64,000 nt of DNA, taken from the NCBI GenBank assembly GCA_012295275.1, contig CM022667.1, positions 18,290,001 through 18,354,000 on the forward strand, in the 5' to 3' direction. This DNA comes from Chrysomallon squamiferum (lineage: Eukaryota > Animalia > Mollusca). The position numbers and the translations under genes were made by a program. The notes below the pieces were generated by a model that saw only the letters and a list, made by a program, of their open reading frames with translations, searched no databases and was not told the origin of the DNA. Shown one piece after another: positions 1 through 13,790 of this stretch (position 1 is its first letter; the number at the start of each line of letters is the position of its first letter).

Positions 1-615
1 GCAAAGGCATAGTTATTATTTTATTACTTCACTCATTTTAAATTATAGCTCCTGGGAAGAATTTATTTGTTTACTTTAATCTTCTACAAGGAATATTTTT
101 ATAATTTAGAATATCAGATATCCTGTCTTTAATAATATTAAAATAAACTGCATATGCCCTTTGCTTCATTGCAAAAGGTAATTTAAATTAACATATTTAC
201 AATTTTTAAAATTTTTAATTTAAAAAAAGAAAACTTAATCTTCAAAATAAGGATACTGAGAATGAACCGAGAAATTTTAATTGCTACAGTCTGCAATTTC
301 AATTCTCCAAGCTATTTATTATCCAATATTTTGGGGGGTAAAATGTTTGCATAACAAATTTATTAATGAAGTACCTTTTTTCGATGAAATGTATAATATT
401 GTAGACTGGTGTTTTCTAATGGTTTATTTAATTTAATTTTTTTTTTTTTTTACCTTTATGAACATTGATTCATATGACATTCAAAAATAAATAAATAAAT
501 AAAAAAAATAAAATAAAAAATGTTTTTCAACTATTTTTGTATTCCTTGAAGTAACAGATGGCACCATATGATATAACTAAATAATGTATATGTATATATA
601 TATATATATATAAAT

Positions 616-1263
616 GGGTCATTCTGTGTCAAATCGCCCAATGGGTTAAACCCGACCATCTCCGATTTTTATGAAACTTGGTATACCTGTTAACTGCGAT
701 CACACAGCACCAAATCTGCACTGATCGGACCAGTGGTGTGGGAGATATGGCCTCCCAAATTTTGAGATTTTTGGCAAAAATGGGCATGACCACCAACCTT
801 TGAACCCTCATATCACAGGAACTACTGGGCCAATCTACATAAAATTGGTATTGTTGAAAAGGCAATGTGACAAGGATTCCAAATCTGCCATAATTGTTCA
901 GTTTGGAAAATTTGGGGGTCTTTTGACTTTTTGACCTTTGTTATGACCTTGAAATTGACACAGTGGATCACATGACCTTGAGATGACCTTTATTGAAACT
1001 TAATCTCCCACATGTTAACTAAAACATATAAAGATTTCCTGGGTGTAATATTTTTTGTTTCAAAGGTTGGTGGTCATGCCCATTTTTGCCAAAACTCTCA
1101 AAATTTGGGGGGCCATATCTCCCACACCACTGGTCTGATTGGTCTAAAATTTCAGATTTGCTGTGGGAATCTAGTCAACAAGTATACCAAGTTTCATAAA
1201 AATCTGAGACAGTTGGGGGTAATTTTTTTTTTTTGGGGGGGTTGATTTGACATGGAATGACCC
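616..1263. mobile_element. Non-autonomous DNA transposon (fold-back MITE, 'element A') with long TIRs, in an LPCAT intron
   Basis: Termini GGGTCATTCTGTGTCAAATC ... GATTTGACATGGAATGACCC are inverted. The inverted match continues for roughly 190 bp (about 616-805 vs 1058-1263). Flanks are AAAT and ATAT. A second copy starts at 32687. Superfamily not assigned; AWWT flanks would fit Sola1. Confidence 0.85.
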
Positions 1264-2166
1264 ATATATATATATTCTTTGACTAGACAATTTTATTAAT
1301 TGATTCTTACTGATACATGATGAAAACTAAAAAGAAATTGTCAGGTAAGTCACTAATGTTAGTGTTTGGGATTAAAAAATCATATACATAATATTATAAT
1401 GTTATTTATGTTTTCCTAATTGATTTAAAATGTACATTCTACAAAACTGAAGTAATAATGGTTAGAACAGTCAGGAGTTTAATAAGATGAAAAAAAACAA
1501 GAAAAAGCATTAGTTAAATCTGTGACTAAACCACTGAGTGATGATCATGTGTAAAAGCTATAAATTTAATTTAGTTTATTTTTTTACCAAAATAAAAATA
1601 TTGAACACTTTGTGTTCTATAATGACATATAGAGAAATACTTATTGTGATTAACATTCAACTTAATAACTCTAACAGAAATCCATAACAAGCAAGCAAAT
1701 CAGTGTTATTATATATTATAACCTAATCATTTATGAATCCACAAATCCAGTGACTAAAGACACAGTGATCATGACTCTAACTATTAGCATTTATACTGTT
1801 GACACTAAAGTTTCATGGTTCATTAACAATACCAGTATCAAAAATGTATTGGTTGTTACTAACATCAAAAAAAAAATATAGTAAACCAATGGACAACAAT
1901 TTTTATAATTTATTGCTTAAAGCATATGTTTTTGAGTGAAGGTACACACATACACATGAACACACACAAACATGCACCAAACGAAATGTTATGGATAAAA
2001 CTGAGCTTTTTTGAATTATGGAAACTTCAACCAAGACATGCTTTAAATATAGAAAGGTAAACATACAATGAAATATAGTTTATCTATTTTGTTGTTTTAA
2101 ATCATTAATAAATTAAACTGAATAAAAAAATATATATATGTTATAATCGTACAATGATTGTAATTG

Positions 2167-2472
2167 TAGTGGTACCTCGACTTACGATTTTAATTCATTC
2201 CACGACTGAGCTTGTAACTCAAATTGCCCATATGTCAAATCAGTTTTCCCAAATGAAATTAACTGAAATACCATTAATCCATTCCAGCCTACCAAAAACC
2301 ATACCATTTAAAAAAAAAAAAATTTGTAATGTGTTTTTAAATAATAAAAATGTATTTATAAATACAAATACTGTAAAAAAAAAAAAAAAAAATAAAAGGT
2401 AATGTAAAGAAATAAATTGGTTTTGTAAAATGTAACTATCTTGGAGATCACTCGTAAGTCAAGGTACCATTG
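2167..2472. mobile_element. Tc1/mariner-pogo (Tigger-like) MITE
   Basis: Left end TAGTGGTACCTCGACTTACGA; right end TCGTAAGTCAAGGTACCATTG followed by TA. The TIRs are about 21 bp and of the CAGTGGTACCTCG type; the left TA site is mutated. Confidence 0.8.
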
Positions 2473-4659
2473 TATATTTATATATATATATAATTATTTA
2501 GTTTTAAATATAGAGCAACAAGTTCTGGATTTAAAATTACAAACAAATATTAATACTTATTTATAGATAATCCTCTTATGGCCAATAATAATAAAACAGT
2601 TTCTAAGTCATGGTAGAATAATAATCTACAAGTTTCATAAACCAAAAATGTAATGTCTAAATTTATCAGAAGTTGAAAAAAGAGCATTGATCTATGGCAC
2701 TATCCAGAATGTCATAGTAAAAAATTTATGAACATATTTAAATAATAATAATAATAATAAATTTTTTTAAAAATCATTGTATTATTATTAATAATCTCTG
2801 ACACACTCAAAAAGGCTAAACTGAGATTTTTTTATCTGGGGAGTTTAATTTTAAAAATAAATATTACTCTTTTTAAAAAATGTATTTATTAAGTGCCCTT
2901 CTGATTTGCCTTTTTGATTTCTAAAGTGCTTGAGAACTGTGATAGGAAATGCAAAACTAAGCAAAACATGCAATTTAAGCATGCAGCAGGCACATCTTAT
3001 GTTTTCATTTTCAATGATATAACATTCTGAAGTTCACTGTTTAAAGAAAAAAGTGTGTAAGGGTATTCAATAATTAGAAATCATAGAGGGTATGCAAAGT
3101 TATTAATAAATAAAATAATATTTTTGAATTCTTAAAATGAACTGTAACTTAAAGGTATGTATATTTATTAAGTAACTGCAGTCATCAATCAAATTTTATA
3201 ATGAATAGTGATCAGTGTACTACATCTGAATTGTTCTGTATAATTTAGCTCTTTTAAATAATCTTATATTGGAATCTATTATAATCCAAGATGGTATCTT
3301 CTTCAGTTACTTTATTATAATAATGTAAACTTATTCTGTCCTAAATTCATTTAATAATGTTATTGTTTATCTGCATAATGTAATACTTAATGGATCATAA
3401 GATCTTTTATATTTTAATTGATATATGACTGAATTCTAACCTATTTTACACACACACACACACACACGCACTTGTACAAAGTATCTGTTAAATTTTATTA
3501 ATTAATTTTTCTAACATGCACAGATTTAAATTTTTTACACAAAGCTTCTACTATAAACTGAGCATATGCAAAACACCAGAAGCAACTGGAAGCAGAAATG
3601 AAACCAAATACTGCAACAACAATAACAACAACACAAAAATAATACTAAAAAAAATGTAAAAACCATTTATAGATGATAAAAATATGTAAAACTGCAGAAA
3701 TCAATGTGAAATTAGTATTAGAACAAGAAAATAAATTCAGCACAGCCTTTAAACTTAATATATTTTAAATGGGTTTTTTAAAGCTGCACTAATTTGTTAC
3801 TGAGTAAAGTATGTAAATATTACAATGTAAATTTCTTTGCATATAGAACTATTAAATAATAAATTAATCAAACATGATTTCATGTTCAGAATATTTTAAT
3901 ATCTGTAACTATGAACATTCAAAGTAGGTCAGAAATATATATCTTTTATTCTTGTTGTTATTTTTGCTATTAATATTTTCTCTATTTGTCCATCAAATAA
4001 ATAATATAATAAAAGTTTATTACATTTAAATTATTAAGCTCCCTTTATACAAAATTAAAAGTAATAATAACAATAATTAATTTCTTTAAAAAAGTTTTAA
4101 AAAAGAAGAAAAGAAAGTGTAAAACACAAATCCCACTGACATGACTGAATTAAAATTTAATATATTATGGTAAGTACAATATTTCTTGAAACTGATAAAT
4201 TCAGGATAATCAGCAATAATCTTTATGCTGATAATTATCATTAACTAGTTTTTTCTGTCAATGTTTAAATAAAGCAGTTGTTAATTATTCAAAATTAAAC
4301 TTCAGTCTTATTGATATAACTTATTGTGTCAGAATAGTTCATTACAAAAGTATATTGCACATAAACTTATTTATTTTTAATTAACTTTAATTGTTCTTTT
4401 AATAGTTTTTAATCCCTTCTTATTGTTTATAATACCAAACTGTAGTTTGAAGTATGCTCTTGTATTGCCATTTCTAAACATAAAAAGCTGTATCTAGCAT
4501 CTTTGTTATATAAAAAATATAATCATTACATGAATTCTTAATTTGAATAAACAGTTTAGATGGACTGAAATTTGGAAACTGTCTTACCATTATTATATCA
4601 ATGATCTTTACAAATAAAAGAACACTTTCCACATCATATAAAAAAAAAACATTTCATAC

Positions 4660-7600
4660 TTCCAAAGATGGGCACATTTATCGCCTCAGCTTTTGCAACA
4701 ACTGTTGTTAGGTCCAAGAACACACATGGCAAGGCATCAAAATAAGATGAATGGGGAGCGACTGCCAAAATTGAAGCTTCTTTTAGACTGGCACGTTTTC
4801 CCCGGACTGATATCCAATGAAATCCTCCACAAAAAAACACCCCACGACAGAACAGCTGAACAAAAGGACGAAACCAGCTAAAATGAAATGCCAGTTGGAA
4901 AACAAATGATTACAAATTTTAAGAAGATAATCTTTAATGGAGTTTTTGAATAGTAAGTCACATTGTAAATAATAAAATTTTTAAAAATTAAAAATTACAG
5001 GCCCATATAAAAACAAGCTGAATTTAAAAATAAATAAAGATACAATGAATGAAAAAAATAATAAAAGATTGATTTCTGAAATACAGAGGACAACAATTTC
5101 ACCTATTTTTCAATAACTTCAAGAAAGCTTTTTATTGCTGGAAAAACAATTGGTTATGGGTCCCCAATTTGTACCTATTTTCCTATCAGTAAACTTGTAC
5201 AGAAGATGAAATAAACATAATTAAGAACTAAGCTAAAATATATTTTAAAACTGCATATTTTTTTTTTTTAAAACATGTTCTTGTACTTGTTACATAAACT
5301 GATATTTTGTCTTTGCTTAAACAACATAATTTTGTACAGGAAAATAAATTTAAAAAAAATAAAAAATAAAAAATAAAAGTAAGTTGTATCTTGATCCAGT
5401 TTGCTAAGATACAACCATTTAAAGATTGGCTCTGTTGAATAGAAAAGTTTTGAAAGAAAAAAGTCTTTGTTGTGATATTTCCAAAAATATTGATCCTATC
5501 ACCTATGCAAGAATATTCATATTTTATATTTACCAGCACACAAAAAGAACTAAATTATAAAGATAAAAATGTACAAGTAACAAAAGTTCAAAGAAATGAA
5601 TAATAACAAGGTAAATAAAGTCATTGTCCATTCTCAAAACATTTGATAAATTAAAACTTGAATGTGTGATAAAAATAACTTTTCTGATGTAAGTTGATAC
5701 TGTTTTAATGAAGACATGGTAAAGAACCAGGTACTGCAGTTATGATATCAAATAATAATAATAATAATAATAATATCATCATCATCAACATTATTACCAT
5801 TAGTAAATAAATTTCTTTATGGTATTTAATAAAATGTAAATATGATTCATTGATTTTAAAAGAAATGTTGATAAAAATTCAAAACATGATTTTTCATTTT
5901 CAAAAAATGACACAATTTAATAATATTATAACCAGTATCAAACAGATGTTAGCAAACTTAAATATTAAATAGTATCCACTGAATTATTAATAACCCAAGT
6001 ACATTATACCAGACCTGGAAACATAAATTAACACACTTTATGAAACTGAAAAATATCTGCAATAAAATGGAAATGAGTAAAATAGAAAACTTACTCTGTG
6101 GAATTAATTGACATTGGTAAGTGCTTTTATTGTGAACTTTAATATGTATCTTTAGTGAAACCATAAAAAACAAACCTTTAATTTATGATTTATGATTTAT
6201 TTTTTATTTGCTAGCCAAATGAAAAATAACAGCCTCCCCCCAAAAAACAAATAAATAAATTAAAAAAATATCCTGTATAGTTAAAAAATGTTTGGGAACC
6301 AGCACATTTCTATAGTCACCAAGTCAATGTGTTCAAACAAACCCTGTTTCTACAGCTATCAGATATAATTCCAATTGTGATGGAAAAACACAAATTTTAC
6401 TCTGTATCATGAGAAAAGAAAAGAAAAAAGAATAATGACATTCTTGTAAATTGAAGTTGAATAAATGTATGGCATTACAATATTCAATATAATAATATAA
6501 TGAATTACAACATAACCTGCTATGTATAGTTATTTTACACCTTTAGCATATTTATATATATGTATTGTTTTGGCTCTTGACAGCACATATAAAATACAAT
6601 TCTGTAAATAATATACAATAAGTCAATAATAATAATAGTGAAACTTACTAACATATATCTATAATCATAAATTGATATTTTTTGTTAGATTTAGATTTTT
6701 AGCAGGCTCCCTTCCCAACAAAAAAAAAAAAATATATATATATTTTTTGATCCATCAACCCTAATCTAAGAAAGTAATACGAGAAAAAGGGTGTCTCGTT
6801 TTGCTGAAGTTTTTAAACATATATTTTAAAATAACATATTAATATAGTAATTTTTATAATTTTCATAGAATAATGACAAATTCATTTTTTAAATGTATTA
6901 ATTATTTTTAATCCAATCGATAGTGATGGCAAAAAATACATCAGCACCTTCTAAGACTGAAATTATAATAAATGTAAAAACAACTGATAAAAGTTAAAAA
7001 TCAGTAACTGCAATTACTAAATGATTACATAGAAATAACACATACATCAGATGATGTACACCAACATTCTGTATGTGTGATTCATTTACTTGGGTCTATC
7101 ACACACATACAGGACAATCTGTCATTATGGGTTATGGATGGTGTCCACTGCTTTTGGGTAACTGAAAACTGCTTCAGATCTAGACCAAACCCATAGTCTG
7201 TTGAATCAAGTTTTGGGTTTACTGTAATTTTTCATTTGTAACAATACCTGCAGATCATCAAATTAAATAGAGTAATTAAAGAAAACAACATATGTTTAAT
7301 ATGTAAATAAAGAATTAACTTGAATTTACATTTTCCATGCTTTCCTAATATATCCCCACAACAAAAGTATATCACCAATTAGTTTTGGCCAGTTTAAATA
7401 ATAATTAAAATCAAACATTTTATTAGTTTTTAAATCAGATTTATCGCTCATTTTAGAATATTATTTGTGTGTAATTTCAAAACAAAGATGACCAAAATGA
7501 CCTTCATTTACTTTGCCTGTTACTTTATCAAGGCTAACAGAACTCAGCTTAACAACAACCTCTTACACTTTTTAATTTGAAATGAACAGATTTAAAATGA

Positions 7601-10600
7601 ATTGATTCCATCTAAATAAAGAGATTAACATGATTTGTAACACTAAAATATCATATTTTTAATCATTAACACAAATATAGTCTTGATTATTATTCAATTA
7701 CCCACTTACAATTTGTTCATAAATTAACTGCCTAAATTTTTAAGATGCACGGCTGGATATTACTATTATTTTGTTTTTGTTTTTTATAATTTTATCAACA
7801 TACACAAGCTTAACAGCACATTAAAAATAAAAAACAAAGTGTTTACTAGACTACCTATCACTGTCTTCGCAAATATACATAACCAAACGTATCTGTAACA
7901 GTAACTTTTGTTTGTGAGGGTTCCAATGAGAACATAAGTTGGTTTATTAGAAATACTGTTTCAACTTTAAATAGACAGTGTGCAAAATTCTAAAGCATAT
8001 TCTTTACATTAATATTCTGAAAAACATCATTAATAATAATAATAATAATTCTCCTTTATTTTTTAATGTCAATACAAATCAATAAAATAAAAAAAGAACA
8101 TGTCCAGAAACCAAATAAATAGATTTTAAAAAAAAGAAAAAGTTCCTTATCAATTGGAAATACATTTTGGCAATTGTTGATCTTTGTAAAAATGATAATA
8201 CATAAAGTATTTTAAAATGATAATTCACTATAACAACAACTGACATCAGTTGGTTACCATTATTTACATTATGTCTTCTGCAAATTATTTGGTTTCATTT
8301 ATTTGGCTGTAAAATACTGACAAAACATGACAGAGAAAATCTGAGGGAAAGGTTATTTTTAGAGATTAAATACTAAATACAATCTAGAATGCTTTCCATA
8401 TCTGTTATTTAAACAAAAATGATAAATGTGTGTGTGTGTGTGTGTTTTTAAAATATTTAATTTAACAGACATGTGAATGTGGGCACTGTAATCCAGAAAG
8501 TTGTGTTTTAATATAGGCACAATGTAAACAGGAGACACTGATTATGACTAATTTAAATAAAAGCTTGAAATAATTTAACAACTGCATTAGTAGATGAGGC
8601 TGAAGTGTAATATATTAATTTTTTTTAAATAAAATAATTAAAATCTAAACTTACTTCCTCCAGCCTGAAAGTGGTTTTCGCTTTTCTTCTTCTGAACGGA
8701 AGGCCAAGCTAATTGCAGCTAATGGCCAGGCAGCCAATAAAAAAAGTCCAGCAAGAATCAGACGGATTGGTGCAAGGGTAAATGACATAATTACAATCTG
8801 AAATTATTTGCATAAAGAAAAATATTCAGACAAAATAAGAATCAGAGCGAGCAATTTATTTAATTTCAGCCATAAAATATATTACAAAATTTGGTAAGAC
8901 ACCAACTAATTTTAATGGTTACAAAGTGTCAAATGCTTACTAAATACATGTCTCTATTATAATTAAAAGAGATCTTTGGCCCCTAACTCAATACTTCAAT
9001 TTTAAATAATTATGTCTTAATCTTGGAAACACTGGTTCCTTGAGTCCCCTTGGTACCCTTGCGGGTGTTGGCCCGAGAAGTCGACAAATCTATTGGGTTG
9101 TAGAACAATAAAAGTCCCAGGATGTACACATATCTAACTGGTTATTATGTTCTGTGCTGCAGTTACAAGATGCCTTTTTTGTTAACAACAAGATGAGAGC
9201 AGGCCTTCCAAAACATGAATAGAAGTAAAATTGCACCAACTGGATGTCACTGGTGAGCTCTGTCACGAAAACACAAGTATTGCACATCGAAGCCAGAATC
9301 CACTCTCTGAAAGATGGGCTGGTCAACAACCATATCACCGACATTGAGTACACAGATCATATGGCAGAACTTTTATATTTCAACAAATATTGTTGTAGCT
9401 AAAATTTATTTTAAAAAGAATTCTATCTATGTAATATTCTTTCTATGGGAAAATGTATATAAAAGATCCCTTGCTGGTTTTTTGTTTGGTAAGAGAAGCC
9501 CATTCAGTGGGTTTTTTATTATTATCTCTGTGATCCTTAACCATATGAGTGACGCCAATATATTTAATAAATTAATTAATTTATTTATTAGTATTGTAAC
9601 CAGTGATATGAATGTGGATTAAGCTTGATTGGTAGAGAGTTCACATGGAAAACTTGACACCTAGGATCACACCTCCGTAGAGGACCCACTATATCATTTA
9701 TATGTTGATATTTTTATTATCTTAATTCTTATGTTTTATAACTGTATTCTTCTCTGTTTTGTGTTTATAATCATGCTGACTTTGGCAAATAAATAAACTG
9801 AACTGAAATTGAATTATAGTAGTAGTAATAGCAGCAACAGTAATAGCTGTGGTACAGTATCATCATGTTGTTACCTTTTGACTGCACACACTGTCAACCA
9901 GGTAAAATGGCAATTAGTGAGTACTGGCACATCGACAGATCATCACTGCTACATTTCAGCTGGTCTCGCTAAGTAGGCAAATTTTAAGATCATTTATACA
10001 AGTTGTCAACTTCACAGGCCATAACCCCCTTGCAGATATCTTAGGAAATAATAAAGAAAATTAAGTTGTAATTGCTTTTATCTTTAACTCAGTGAGCACT
10101 GAAAATGAAAATTTAAAATCATTATTAAAATCTGTATTAAAATAAATTAAATTACATTATTGCAGATGGAATAACAATATACAGTAGGTATGTGACAAAA
10201 GATGTAAGTGCACTGCTTTGGAAGGTCACCCAATTGTTGTTACACATTTTTATGATAGCAGATGGCTAATTTTGGATACTAAAATGAGTGGTGTTCTCAG
10301 CAAATGACACAAACGAAAACAATGCGGCCACAGCCAACTTCATGTTTGGTTTGATTTTTATGAAATATTAAGTATGAAGGCATAAGGATGATAAGGCAAA
10401 TTAACACTAATTAATGCCATTAATTAACTGGTAAAAATAATAAATGTCAGCAAAATGCTTGAATTCATAAACTTGATAAAGGCTCCTACAATTCATCAGT
10501 CTTGAAGAATGAGATATTGTATATTTTTTCTATAGAGTTTTTAATAATTATGATCATTAATGTCTGCGGTACATTTGAGCTAATTAGTGTGATTAATTAA

Positions 10601-11303
10601 TAAAATTCATGAGCATTTGCAACTTGCTTAAAAATACGTTTCAGCTTTAGAATTCATCAAATGCTTTATTTTAATATATAATACATGTATACTGGATTAA
10701 AACTATTTAAGATATTTAGTGTTTATGCTGCAAAATGATGGAAACTCTCCACAATTTCTCCACAGATCATCATCATGGAGGAAAAATACCCTCAAATTTT
10801 ATTCCAATGAATTTTTAAAAAAAAATTCATATCTATACTATTACTTTTGTATTAGTCATTTTAATATGCATTTTATTTTGCTCTTTCTAATGATCTGTGT
10901 TTTAAGAACATAATATTTTGGAAAATTTTGTATCATGTTGGCTGATTTTTTATCTGCAGTACAATTCTGACCAAATATTCGAGAATGAAAATCAATTAAT
11001 AGACAATACAAAAACAGTGAACAGAATGTCAATCGACTCAATGTTGAACACAAAAGATAAAATAATTAAAAATGCTGTTAGAAATATTACTATAAAACAA
11101 ACATTTTAAATTTAATTATATTTATTTGTAAAATGCATAGTATTAACCCCAATAACTGATATACATATTTTCATAATAATATAAAAATGTATACGAACCT
11201 TAATAATATCCAGAAATTCCAAATTTAGTCTGTGGACAAATGGATTTTTTATCTCCGGTAAGAAAAGAGATTCCCGACGTGGAATAGTAACAAATCGCTT
11301 CAT
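4660..11303 (-). CDS. LPCAT2: Lysophosphatidylcholine acyltransferase 1/2-like, 5' part (3 coding exons; gene continues beyond position 1)
   Basis: Exons are 11303-11199 (MKRFVTIPRRESLFLPEIKNPFVHRLNLEFLDIIK), 8797-8655 (IVIMSFTLAPIRLILAG...KPLSGWR) and 4877-4660 (..FFCGGFHWISVRGKRAS..APHSSYFDALP..VPIFG). All junctions are GT-AG and frame-consistent. Motifs: acyltransferase HxxxxD (HSSYFD) and the NPFV typical of LPCAT1/2. It is likely a pro-ortholog of both. Confidence 0.92.
9090..9350 (+). mobile_element. Possible highly decayed non-LTR retrotransposon fragment
   Basis: GC-richer intronic patch. Translations give weak LINE-like snippets (KLHQLDVTGEL..HRSQ; KMGWST) broken by stops. No diagnostic motif. 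Confidence 0.2.
9608..9690 (+). mobile_element. Possible degenerate tRNA-derived SINE head
   Basis: AAGCTTGATTGGTAGAG resembles a Pol III A box and AGGATCACACC resembles a B box, at tRNA-like spacing. No intact cloverleaf. Confidence 0.3.
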
Positions 11304-11499
11304 CTTTCGTGGTTTTATTATATATTCCAAAAAAATAAATAAAAACAAAATTATAAACTTTTCGATAATGTTTGTTGTTAATTTAGGCACATATTTATCA
11401 AACAAAAGAACGACGAATAACAAATCCCTGTTTTTCCCTCCTCCCAAGCAGAGAAGCACTTCCACCACTGTTCTGTTTCTCGTGATACGCTGATGTGTA

Positions 11500-12204
11500 C
11501 AGTATTCCCTCGCTATTCGCGGGGGTTACGTTCTTTACCCCCCCGCGAATAGCGAAAAACCGCGAATATTGGATGCAGTTTTAAAACGTCTATTATGAGA
11601 TTATATACGGTACTAAATGCTTCCCAAACACTTTCTAAAGACACTCTTACTCATTAATACAGTAATAATGTAGTAATATTGCATGCAGTTATGTATTTCA
11701 CTAATGTAGTAATGATAATGTAAACACATTTTAATTTTGTACTGAAACAATATTTTAATCAGAAAGAAACGTAAGTACATGAGGACAGTAACACCGCATA
11801 GCATAGTTACCCAGACAGTATTACTGCACCGTAAAGTCATTTTCTATGCGTACAACATATGTATTAGAATTGACAGAAAGTGGAACAAATTTAAAGGCAA
11901 AACAGACAGATAAATACAGTACGCACAGTTCAGGTAATAATATGCAATTAAAAACATTATTAATACACGGTCACAAAAAATATGCACTGTATATACAGTG
12001 TATGCATTTATAAAAAAATACGTACTGTATTGCAATAATAATTGAAAAAATTTGATATTGTTTGTGCGGTTTACCGAGCATTTGTTTTTATGACGTTATG
12101 ACGCTAGCCTGGTATACCAGCATACGATGGGATAGGGTTAAGAGCCTAACCCGCGAATATGCGGGGCCGCGAATGGGGAACCGCGAATAGGTGAGGGTAT
12201 ACTG
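11500..12204. mobile_element. Tc1/mariner-pogo MITE (705 bp) with TA target-site duplication, between LPCAT and CK1alpha
   Basis: TA|CAGTATTCCCTCGCTATTCGCGG ... CCGCGAATAGGTGAGGGTATACTG|TA. Subterminal CCGCGAAT repeats at both ends. CpGs are retained in an otherwise CpG-poor background. Confidence 0.92.
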
Positions 12205-12629
12205 TATTCACAAAATGTTTTGTGGCCAGTGCCGTCTCCAAAATAATTTTGAAATATTGTTTTATTTTATTTTAATTTAGTTAATAACAAAAACAGTTTA
12301 AGACAGCATCTTTGAATTCAGTATAAACAGATATTAAGACTGATTCATGGTTACAGTAGCGAGAGAGTTTTAACAGTATCTCATGGAAACCTCTTATCGA
12401 CATAAAACAAATGAACGATTCACATAGCTGTTAATACTTTTCTTTTTTTTTCTTTCTTTTTTTCACTTTGTCATTACATTAAATGATGCAAATTAATAAT
12501 GACTAATATTATGTTATAACTTGCCTTGATATACCACTAGCGCAGATAATATTCAAATTAATTTTAATTGTACATAGACAAAACTTCGGTGTAAGTCGTT
12601 CAAACGGAGTCTTGTATTTTATTTTTTTT

Positions 12630-12803
12630 TTTTTTGTGCGACTGCGCACTTGTTCGTTGTGATGGATTATGGTCAAATGAATTGTGGGTAAAAATTATTA
12701 CTGTAACACCCAAGATGGCAACCGATTTTAGAAACTAAACATACCAAAAACTTTTACATAAATAACTTATTTTTCCACCAGAGAAATAATCATACTAGGC
12801 AAA
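12630..12803 (+). promoter_or_regulatory. Putative CK1alpha promoter / 5' UTR
   Basis: Local CpG enrichment, TGCGACTGCGCA (NRF1-like) near 12636, and CAAGATGGC (YY1-like) at 12711-12719, just upstream of the ATG. Confidence 0.4.
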
Positions 12804-13790
12804 ATGTCGAAGGGGGACAATTCTTCTACGGACAGAAAGGGTAGTGAGTTTATTGTGGCTGAAAAATATCGTTTAGTGAGAAAAATTGGAAGTGGTAGTT
12901 TTGGCGACATTTATCTAGGGATCAATATTACCAGCGGTGAAGAGGTGGCTGTCAAGTTAGAATCTACAAAAGCACGACATCCTCAACTTTTGTATGAAAG
13001 TAAATTGTACAAAATATTGCATGGTGGTGTGGGTATACCTCATATTAGATATTTTGGGACAGAAAAAGATTATACTGTCCTAGTAATGGATCTTCTAGGG
13101 CCCAGTCTGGAAGATTTGTTCAATTTTTGCTCCAGGCGATTTACAATGAAAACAGTATTGATGCTTGCTGATCAGATGATTGGACGTATAGAATATGTTC
13201 ACAACAAAAACTTTATTCACAGAGATATTAAGCCTGATAATTTTCTTATGGGGATTGGTCGACATTGCAATAAGGTCTTTGTAATCGACTTTGGATTGGC
13301 CAAGAAATACAGAGATAGCCGTACCAGAACACATATACCATACAGAGAAGATAAAAATTTGACAGGCACAGCCCGTTATGCCAGCATCAATGCCCATCTT
13401 GGAATTGAACAAAGTCGAAGAGATGATATGGAATCACTGGGATATGTATTGATGTACTTCAATCGTGGCAGTTTACCATGGCAGGGATTAAAAGCCAACA
13501 CTAAAAAACAGAAGTATGAAAAGATAAGTGAGAAGAAAATGTCTACACCAGTTGAAGTACTATGTAAAGGTTTTCCTGCAGAGTTTGCCATGTACTTGAA
13601 CTACTGTAGAGGTCTTAGATTTGAAGAAGCACCTGACTACATGTATCTTCGCCAACTGTTTCGAATTTTGTTCCGCACTTTGAATTATCAGTATGACTAC
13701 ACATTTGACTGGACAATGCTGAAACAAAAGGCTACTGTGACATGTGCCAGCACAACTGCAGCTGCAACAAGTGGCATGGCTCGTCCATAA
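12804..13790 (+). CDS. CSNK1A1: Casein kinase I isoform alpha, intronless ORF, 328 aa
   Basis: Single uninterrupted ORF with [48 protein letters not shown] and GTARYASIN. The alpha-type GIGRHCNK and [13 protein letters not shown] segments are present. Confidence 0.98.
   Translation: MSKGDNSSTDRKGSEFIVAEKYRLVRKIGSGSFGDIYLGINITSGEEVAVKLESTKARHPQLLYESKLYKILHGGVGIPHIRYFGTEKDYTVLVMDLLGPSLEDLFNFCSRRFTMKTVLMLADQMIGRIEYVHNKNFIHRDIKPDNFLMGIGRHCNKVFVIDFGLAKKYRDSRTRTHIPYREDKNLTGTARYASINAHLGIEQSRRDDMESLGYVLMYFNRGSLPWQGLKANTKKQKYEKISEKKMSTPVEVLCKGFPAEFAMYLNYCRGLRFEEAPDYMYLRQLFRILFRTLNYQYDYTFDWTMLKQKATVTCASTTAAATSGMARP

Noticed and set aside
629-1245. ORFs 629-865 and 1012-1245
   Set aside because: They lie within the inverted arms of a non-autonomous element and have no transposase motifs.
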